A DNA stretch of 64,000 nt. It comes from a virus. Its lineage: Duplodnaviria > Caudoviricetes. The notes under the pieces were generated by a model that was not told where the DNA came from, did no database searches, and saw nothing but the letters and a program-made list of their open reading frames with translations. How positions within the stretch are numbered: position 1 is the first letter of the stretch; every line of letters starts with the position of its first letter. The stretch lies in the IMG/VR virus record IMGVR_UViG_3300023283_000076, positions 32,001 through 96,000 of that record. One strand, 5' to 3'. A program made the translations under genes and the position numbers. Shown here in pieces: positions 57,194 through 64,000 of this stretch.

Positions 57194-57700
57194 ATGCATA
57201 CCATTCGTGAAGCACGTTAAGAAGTTGAAAAGTGCCTTGAGCGTGCAAAGGAACTCTTTGGTTTTAACGCGGACATAGACATTTCTTTTGACAAGCGTGG
57301 TCGTATTGCTGGAACAGCACATAACTTGCCTAATGGATATGCCTTGAAATTCAATCATCAATTGCTCGAAAACGAACATTGGAGAGAATTGATTGATGAA
57401 ACGATTCCCCATGAGGTCGCACATATTGTCTGCTACTTTAATCCTACTCTTGGTAAGAATCATAACCAAGGCTGGCGTAGAGTATGCAGAATGTTGGGTG
57501 GTCGTGGTGATCGTACTCATAATATGCCGCTCAAACGTGCTAGGGTAACTCGCAAGGCAATCTATGATATCAATGGTAAGACTACCCATATCGGTCTTAC
57601 TGTACATCGTAGAATCCAACAGGGAAGGTCTTATACCATGCGTGGTGCTGGCAAGATTCACCCTACTCACTTCACTGGAGAGATTGTAGAAGTAAAATAA
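57194..57700 (+). pseudogene. SprT-like zinc metalloprotein with in-frame TAA at codon 9
   Basis: RBS + ATG 57194; TAA 57218-57220; then GRIAGTA...TIPHEVAH...HNQGW. Confidence 0.7.
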
Positions 57701-57968
57701 GACTTGACAAAACCCTCGATGGTTGATACTATTACAACCATCGAGGATGTTTTAAGAGTGACTTTAACACTGGCCTTACATTTTAAGACGCTGCCAGTCA
57801 CCCTTTCCTCAGGAATATTGGATGAGTTGATGAATGGTGCGGATTCAATAGCAATCCAATCTTGGAATCACGAGGATCATTCAGTAAGTTAGAGTCACTC
57901 TTAAAGCATTATAAGACTGTAATAAGCAGACTAATAAACTGGATTCAACATAGATACGGGACATAAAA

Positions 57969-58259
57969 ATGAGAACTCTAGAACAAATCGAACAAGAATA
58001 TCGGAGAGTTAGTGATATTCTTTCATGGGAAGCTGTTACGGAAGAAAGTTTGTTAGAACTTCCCTTCCCAGACGATGTAAACTTCGTGCAGTTTACAGGC
58101 CGTATGAATAACAGATTCGTGCGAGGTCGTCTTACTCGGGATCGTTCCGGTACTGTTAGTGTTAACATCGATCATACCATGTTGGCATGTAATTTACATG
58201 ATGCAATCAGAGCACTACACACCGAAGCAGGTGAAGTGTATTTGGCAAACAATTCTTGA
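57969..58259 (+). CDS. Hypothetical protein
   Basis: ORF track. Confidence 0.7.
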   Translation: MRTLEQIEQEYRRVSDILSWEAVTEESLLELPFPDDVNFVQFTGRMNNRFVRGRLTRDRSGTVSVNIDHTMLACNLHDAIRALHTEAGEVYLANNS

Positions 58260-58282
58260 CAAATCTGGAATCTATTGTATAA

Positions 58283-58600
58283 TTGTTTCATCATTTAAAT
58301 AAAGGAACCATAATGTCAAAAGTATATCGATTCTATAGTGATCCCGGTCATGGATGGCTAGCAGTAAAAATTACTGATCTTGTGCGATTGGGCATTGTAG
58401 AAAAAATTACCAGTTTTTCATATATTCGTGGCAAGACTGCGTATCTTGAAGAGGATGCAGACTTATCCACCTTTGTTAAAGCATTAAAGGCCAATGGTGA
58501 AGAATTCTTAAATAAAGAGGGTTCATATAATGACTCTCGCAGTCATATTCGATCATATGATCAATATACACTACAAAAAGCATTGAATGCTATCAAATAA
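58283..58600 (+). CDS. Conserved phage hypothetical protein (start probably MSKVY)
   Basis: SDPGHGWL.V...S.FSY..G...YLEED.D. Confidence 0.85.
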   Translation: MFHHLNKGTIMSKVYRFYSDPGHGWLAVKITDLVRLGIVEKITSFSYIRGKTAYLEEDADLSTFVKALKANGEEFLNKEGSYNDSRSHIRSYDQYTLQKALNAIK

Positions 58601-58794
58601 AGGAATCTCCAATGAATACACATGATAATAATCAAGCTATCTATGAAGAGCTTAAGAAACGATTTCCTGAACTCTGGACTGATGAACCTCTTCCCGGTGC
58701 AGATGCTGTAGATCGTCTAGTTTGGTGGAAAAAACAGCTTGACAACATTGACGAAGAATGATAATATACAATTAAATCAAACGTAAGGAAACCC

Positions 58795-59307
58795 ATGGAA
58801 GATTTTACTCGTATTGTCTGTCCCGGTGAAGCTTTTGTGAATGATACCATTTTTAAAAAGGTAATTTGCAGAATTTCATATGCTAATGGAAAATTGACGA
58901 TTACTGGTGTACATGGCCCGAAACGTAATGGCGATGCGTTTGGATCATGTGGTCAGATTAACCTTGAAAAACTCGATTTTGATTCATTCGAGGATGGATG
59001 GACGCAAGAGCGTCTTAACATGTTTATCAGTATTTGGAAAAGATTTCACCTGAATGATGTAAATGCTGGTTCACCTGCTCAACAGTTTTATTTGCAGAAT
59101 AATCCTATTGAGGGTGGCCAGTTGAACCATTACGAAAGGGCATGTGAAGCATTGGAGTTAGCAAGGTTGAACCCTGACCCTTATTATATTCATAATGGTA
59201 AGCCTTACTTATATGGCTCTGCATGGATTTCAATGGATGTACCTGAATGGGCATTGAAATGGCTCCACGATCTCCCGGAGACTAACAGAAATTACGCTTG
59301 GGTTTAA
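58795..59307 (+). CDS. Conserved phage hypothetical protein
   Basis: GSCGQI...W.RFHLND..AG...Y.YGSAW....VP. Confidence 0.85.
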   Translation: MEDFTRIVCPGEAFVNDTIFKKVICRISYANGKLTITGVHGPKRNGDAFGSCGQINLEKLDFDSFEDGWTQERLNMFISIWKRFHLNDVNAGSPAQQFYLQNNPIEGGQLNHYERACEALELARLNPDPYYIHNGKPYLYGSAWISMDVPEWALKWLHDLPETNRNYAWV

Positions 59308-59315
59308 GATTCCCT

Positions 59316-59368
59316 GTCAGTGAATGGTCAGTGGAATGTAAGGGCACAAAACATCGTGCCCCTTTTTT
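59316..59368 (+). repeat. ~52-bp direct repeat ending in a terminator (copy at 60035-60086)
   Basis: GTCAGTGAATGGTCAGTGGAATGTAAGGGCAC..GTGCCC-T tract. Confidence 0.85.
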
Positions 59369-59528
59369 AATCGTATTCTAGGGCCTTTACTCCATCATAA
59401 TCCATTTGTCAAAAACTTTCGACGGAACTACATCACATAAAAAATTTACAATTATTTTCGGAAATCGGTTGACAGATTAATCATGATGCTGTATAATTGT
59501 ACTCACACTCACTGATAGAAAAAACAAC

Positions 59529-60029
59529 ATGCGAACAGTAAATCTTACATGTACACAATACTTCAATAATGCCGGTCAACTGTTCCTTACGGAATACAGG
59601 CTGAATGATCAACTTCATCGAGAAGATGGTCCGGCATATCAAGAATGGAATTATGCCGGTCAACTGATCCGTAAGGAATATTGGCTGAATGATCAACTTC
59701 ATCGAGAAGATGGTCCAGCAATCCAAAACTGGAATGATGCTGGTCAACTGATCCGTAAGGAATATTGGCTGAATGATCAACTTCATCGAGAAGATGGTCC
59801 AGCATATCAACAATGGAACGATGATGGTCAACTGTTCTTTGAAGCATACTGGTTGAATGATCAACTTCATCGAAAAGAGGGTCCAGCAATCAAAGGATGG
59901 AATGATGCTGATCAACTGATCCGTGAGGAATACTGGCTGAATGGAAAAATTGTTGACTCTTTGCCGGATTCATACGATAATAAAATCGTAGAGATTGATG
60001 GCAAGAAGTTTCGGCTTCAAAAGATTTAA
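59529..60029 (+). CDS. 22-aa repeat (MORN-variant) protein
   Basis: ~4.5 repeats of EYWLNDQLHREDGPA..W...GQL. Confidence 0.85.
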   Translation: MRTVNLTCTQYFNNAGQLFLTEYRLNDQLHREDGPAYQEWNYAGQLIRKEYWLNDQLHREDGPAIQNWNDAGQLIRKEYWLNDQLHREDGPAYQQWNDDGQLFFEAYWLNDQLHRKEGPAIKGWNDADQLIREEYWLNGKIVDSLPDSYDNKIVEIDGKKFRLQKI

Positions 60030-60034
60030 TCCTA

Positions 60035-60086
60035 GTCAGTGAATGGTCAGTGGAATGTAAGGGCACAGAGCATCGTGCCCTTTTTT
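60035..60086 (+). repeat. Second copy of the 59316-59368 repeat/terminator
   Basis: Direct reading. Confidence 0.85.
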
Positions 60087-60229
60087 ATTTTCTATTCTAC
60101 AACCTTTACCATATTATTCCCATACTGTCAAGTAAAAAATTAAAAAATAATTTCAAAAAACTATTGCATTTCTTAAATTGTTTAGTATAATTTCACTGCA
60201 CTTTCCAAAAACAGTTAAGGATATTCATA

Positions 60230-60760
60230 ATGGAACTGCTAGAATATTTTAAGGATTGCATGTCTGAGATTCACGAGAGAGTATCTAAGAGTATTGAACT
60301 AATTAACCATGGTGGTTGTGCTATCTTTGCTGTTGAACTTGTTAAGAGAATGCACAAATTGGGAATGAATCCAAGTATCAGAGTTTATGGAGAAGAAGAG
60401 GTAGACGTATCTTTAGCAGAACAGCACATTCTGGAATATGAAGAACCCATGGATGTTGAATCATGGAATGATAATGGTGTTGAATTTGTTCATATTGTGG
60501 TAGAATGGGCTGGATATCTATGGGACGCTGAGACTATAGAATCGATAGAAGATGCTTATGAATATGGTTGGCATGATTATCCTCTGCTCGCCGGTGAGAT
60601 ATCTTTTAATTCATTAAAAGAGATTGCATTGCAAAGAGACGGTTGGAATAGTACCTATAACAGATCACAAAACCCCATTCTGTATAACATTCTTGATGAT
60701 GTATTTGAACGTCTCGAAAATAATTTGGGGCAGGAACGGCAGGAACTGATTGCTGCTTGA
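60230..60760 (+). CDS. Acidic hypothetical protein
   Basis: INHGGC..FA...H.VVEW.G..WD.E. Confidence 0.8.
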   Translation: MELLEYFKDCMSEIHERVSKSIELINHGGCAIFAVELVKRMHKLGMNPSIRVYGEEEVDVSLAEQHILEYEEPMDVESWNDNGVEFVHIVVEWAGYLWDAETIESIEDAYEYGWHDYPLLAGEISFNSLKEIALQRDGWNSTYNRSQNPILYNILDDVFERLENNLGQERQELIAA

Positions 60761-60815
60761 CAAACATGAAAATATCTGTATAATAGTTCATATTGTTGAC
60801 AGTTAAGGAATATCA

Positions 60816-61082
60816 ATGAACACTCGTGAACTTATGGTTAATCTCGAACTCATTCATAACCTTCTTATAGAAGGTAACCATAAAGAAGCAGAGCACAAGC
60901 TTCGCAATCTTCGTGCTCAGTTCGCGGAAACTGAAACTGTGTTGAATGGTCATGATTGTCGGGACATTATTACAAAATACGATGCTGGTAAAATTTCATT
61001 TGTATGTTTTGTTCGTGCTGTCCGAAACCGTACTGACGTGAGTATTGCTGAACTCAAACAATTTTGTGAAAAGTTTCGTTAA
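60816..61082 (+). CDS. Hypothetical protein
   Basis: RBS AAGGA; own promoter. Confidence 0.75.
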   Translation: MNTRELMVNLELIHNLLIEGNHKEAEHKLRNLRAQFAETETVLNGHDCRDIITKYDAGKISFVCFVRAVRNRTDVSIAELKQFCEKFR

Positions 61083-61146
61083 ACAGCCGTTGAAGCCTTG
61101 ACAAGCATGAAAACATCTGTGTAATAGGTTACAAGATTTAAGGTTT

Positions 61147-61224
61147 CAACAAGGTTTGTAGTCGAAGCCCTTAGAGCCGTGAAACCGGAGCTAGATTGAA
61201 AACTGGTCAAAACAAACCTTGTTG
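61147..61224 (+). ncRNA. Candidate stem-closed small RNA
   Basis: 13-bp CAACAAGGTTTGT/ACAAACCTTGTTG stem after its own promoter, followed by a T tract. Confidence 0.5.
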
Positions 61225-61254
61225 CTTTTTTATTTAATTAAAAGGATATTAGTC

Positions 61255-61704
61255 ATGAACACAGTGTACCTGCTTGAAAGGGATATTCCCTATGAAGGAA
61301 ACACTATTAAATCTGTCCATAGCACTCTTTCAAAGGCTGTAGAAGCTCTTGCAGATATTGCAATGAGTGAAGGGCCAATGGGTTTTGCTTACACTGTGAA
61401 TTACCATATTTATTCTATGGAAACTGATGGTGAAGAAGAGAGCCATAATCATTTTTTTAGTGTTGGTGATAGTAACTTTTTTGTTCGAGGAGCAGATTCT
61501 GATGTAAAAAACTTCACCAATCTTACTCATAATGATATTGTCCATGCTATCAATACCAACATGGAACACCGTAAAGAATATCCACATACTACATTGAGCC
61601 TCTGCAACATTCTGTATTACATGGAGCAGTTCAATATAGATTATGATACTGCCTATCGGTGGTACGCTCAAGCTGATGAAAAATGGTGGAAAGAAAATTA
61701 TTAA
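61255..61704 (+). CDS. Hypothetical protein (MNTVYLLERD start)
   Basis: RBS AAGGA; ORF track. Confidence 0.75.
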   Translation: MNTVYLLERDIPYEGNTIKSVHSTLSKAVEALADIAMSEGPMGFAYTVNYHIYSMETDGEEESHNHFFSVGDSNFFVRGADSDVKNFTNLTHNDIVHAINTNMEHRKEYPHTTLSLCNILYYMEQFNIDYDTAYRWYAQADEKWWKENY

Positions 61705-61770
61705 ATCTGCTTGACAAACATGAAAACATTTGTATAATGGATTTCAATGTCCCCCAAACAGGAACAAAAA

Positions 61771-62092
61771 CATGAAAGCATTTTTGATTGATCCCCGAAA
61801 TGAAACCGTTACCGAAACAACGTATAACGGTAACATCGAAGATATCTACAATCAAATTGATGTACGAAATTTTGAAGTTGCAACAATCAACGATGAAGGG
61901 GATGGTGTATATGTCGATGGTGAGGGACTATTCTCAGATGAGCGTTTTGTGTTCACTGTAAGAGGGTATTCGGGACCACTTGTGAACCCGGCAATGGTTA
62001 TCGGTTGCAATCCTGAAACGGGTGAAAATCGTGAAGCGTCAGTGACACTAGAATGGCTTGAACGCAATGTAAATTTTATGGGCCGAGTGTAA
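61771..62092 (+). CDS. DUF3846-like phage protein (MKAFLIDP start, approximate)
   Basis: KAFLIDP...V.E...D.VYVD.EGL. Confidence 0.7.
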
Positions 62093-62201
62093 TAACTTAC
62101 TCGGATATTCTAAAGGAGACCTTAAAAATGCTTAGACGAAATAAAGATCCGCCCGCGAGGGTATAATTAGATGATTATTTTAAGATAATAAGAAAGATGA
62201 A

Positions 62202-62240
62202 AGAACCCGGTTCGTAGATGGCCGGGTTCTTTCTTTTTTA
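62202..62240 (+). terminator. Intrinsic terminator
   Basis: AAGAACCCGG-ttcgtagatgg-CCGGGTTCTT-T tract. Confidence 0.8.
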
Positions 62241-62368
62241 TCCTATTCTAAAACCTTTATCATATGTTCAACATTATGTCAAGATATTTCTTGTTTAATT
62301 TTCCATTGCATTTTCTTTGGTTTTCAGGTAGACTATAATTATTAAATTACATGTTAGGAGTCTAAAAA

Positions 62369-62701
62369 ATGTCTGAGAAACCTCGTCATACATGCATGAA
62401 GAGAATTCATGTTCGTCAGGCTATCGAAGAAACAATCATGGAATCCGATTTCCATACTCATGTTGTACTGACAACATCGTGGACTTGGACTGAAGTAATC
62501 GATGGTGTCGTCAAATATTTCAGAGAACGTCCTAGTATGCAAGAAGAATATTTTTATGACGTGATCGAAATTGCTACTGAAATTGTAGGTGAAGATAGAT
62601 TAACAGAACGTGCTGCGCCCTATGGTGACGCTGATACAGGTCAGGCCATTAGCTTTCCTGCTTTCATCGAAACTATTGCGGGAGATGTGTTTGACATTTG
62701 A
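62369..62701 (+). CDS. Acidic hypothetical protein
   Basis: RBS AGGAG. Confidence 0.75.
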   Translation: MSEKPRHTCMKRIHVRQAIEETIMESDFHTHVVLTTSWTWTEVIDGVVKYFRERPSMQEEYFYDVIEIATEIVGEDRLTERAAPYGDADTGQAISFPAFIETIAGDVFDI

Positions 62702-62734
62702 GATATAGTATACTATTGTTTTACACTTAACAGG

Positions 62735-63046
62735 ATGATTATTATGGCTTCTGCAATTCATTTCCATGGCACCGATTTTTTTCTTGATCCGTCAGAACTG
62801 GATGGTAACATTCTGCAAGATTTGAAGGATTGTGGCGGTCAAGGTGACGCTTCCAGTGCAGTTGACTATGTAATGGACAATTATCAAATTACTGGAAATG
62901 AGCAGGATTGTCAAAACTATCTCAAGGGATATGGTGCATGGGAAGATCATGAACTTCAAGATCATCATGAAAATCTGCGTCGTCTTGTATGGCTTGCAGG
63001 ATGCGACTTAGATGAACAAAACGAAATATATTTTTCAACCTATTAA
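62735..63046 (+). CDS. Acidic hypothetical phage protein
   Basis: L..YGAW...EL.DH.ENL.RL.WL. Confidence 0.8.
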   Translation: MIIMASAIHFHGTDFFLDPSELDGNILQDLKDCGGQGDASSAVDYVMDNYQITGNEQDCQNYLKGYGAWEDHELQDHHENLRRLVWLAGCDLDEQNEIYFSTY

Positions 63047-63065
63047 AATTCAATGGAGATATTAG

Positions 63066-63485
63066 ATGTTTACACTTCAAGATTGCTTCAATGCTGCATG
63101 GCACCATTTTATCGAAAATCAAAATCCTCCATCCGTAGTATCAAGGACATGGGATGATAATAGCTATATGCCAGCATACAATAATGGCACAAATAAATGT
63201 GCAATTGGTCTATTGACTGATGATCTTAAAGATTGGGATGGTAGCATTGAAGAATTATTTACTCCGGGTCCTGAAAACGAAAAATTTAAAAGTCTTGTAG
63301 AACAATTTGATGTTGATCTTTCATCCGAAGAGAGTATTGAATCATGGCAAGAAGCGCAAAATAAACTCCATGATTTTCATATTGACTTCGAGTCTGGAGA
63401 ATGGGTTTGTTCATTTGAAGAGCTTAAAGATAACTATATTCGATTTGCTCATGAACATGCTTTGGATATCCCAAATGAACATTAA
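63066..63485 (+). CDS. Acidic hypothetical phage protein
   Basis: KCAIG.L...Q..HD motif. Confidence 0.75.
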   Translation: MFTLQDCFNAAWHHFIENQNPPSVVSRTWDDNSYMPAYNNGTNKCAIGLLTDDLKDWDGSIEELFTPGPENEKFKSLVEQFDVDLSSEESIESWQEAQNKLHDFHIDFESGEWVCSFEELKDNYIRFAHEHALDIPNEH

Positions 63486-63861
63486 TAAGATTTATGAAAA
63501 TCTGTGCATTCGTGATTCCAGAAATCCGATGTATGATGAATTGAAGGATTCTTATGAACCATATGATATCATGCCTGAACCTAGAGCCGATTGTGCTTGT
63601 GACAATTGTTTCTATGGTAGAGACAGATTAGCACTTGAAATTATTCGACTGCGTATTAAATTGGGGTTGTATCATTAGATTATTTTTTGTAGAATATACG
63701 TATGTCATTGTGGGCGAACGAACACGGATGGATCAACCCGATTAACCATGTTTTAGTATTTACAAAAACAGAACGGGATACGTTGAATCTACCCATGGGT
63801 GAACACTGGCACCGTATTGTTGGTTAAGTGTCCATATACCCTCTATATACCCCCTAATATA

Positions 63862-63875
63862 TAACGCATGCGTTA
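63862..63875. repeat. Perfect palindrome TAACGCATGCGTTA
   Basis: Same core as 14494, 19826 and 45267. Confidence 0.75.
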
Positions 63876-64000
63876 GTAGTTAATGTATCATATTCTTTAC
63901 ACTATCTTACTTAATGTATAAAATGAGATACATTACCATCTAAAATCATTTTTAAATTTCTCTTGCATTGTTTGATTGATCATGCTATTATATATCCACG

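Noticed and set aside
59481-59915. - strand repetitive ORFs
   Set aside because: Shadows of the MORN-variant repeat gene

Overview
AT-rich segment of a large (jumbo-type, rIIA/rIIB-carrying) lytic phage genome: early/accessory and tRNA region, with no capsid, tail, terminase or DNA polymerase genes visible. The dominant structure is a large, diverged inverted duplication. Bases 1-14513 (genes on -, running off the left edge) mirror 19818-39416 (genes on +). Both arms carry rIIA, rIIB, tilS, a GP88-like gene, Thr/Val/CAU tRNAs and about a dozen further small paralogous genes, and they show reciprocal gene loss. The arms flank a unique ~5.3 kb spacer (RNA ligase, broken Thg1, 21-aa repeat protein). 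Their inner ends are conserved non-coding DNA with 26-30 bp palindromes and arrays of Fur-box-like sites. The window is unusually rich in non-coding RNA: about 20 tRNA or tRNA-like genes, including a tRNA with a mini-tRNA-like insert in its anticodon loop, an 8/4 tRNA-Ser and four short-arm tRNA-Leu. It also holds a ~740 nt GOLLD-like RNA with an embedded tRNA-Ile(UAU), a tmRNA-like RNA, and several unassigned stem-closed small RNAs. A recurrent TTGACA-N17/18-TAAAGG promoter-like motif occurs 9 times. All family assignments are by eye from motif recognition; no searches were run.
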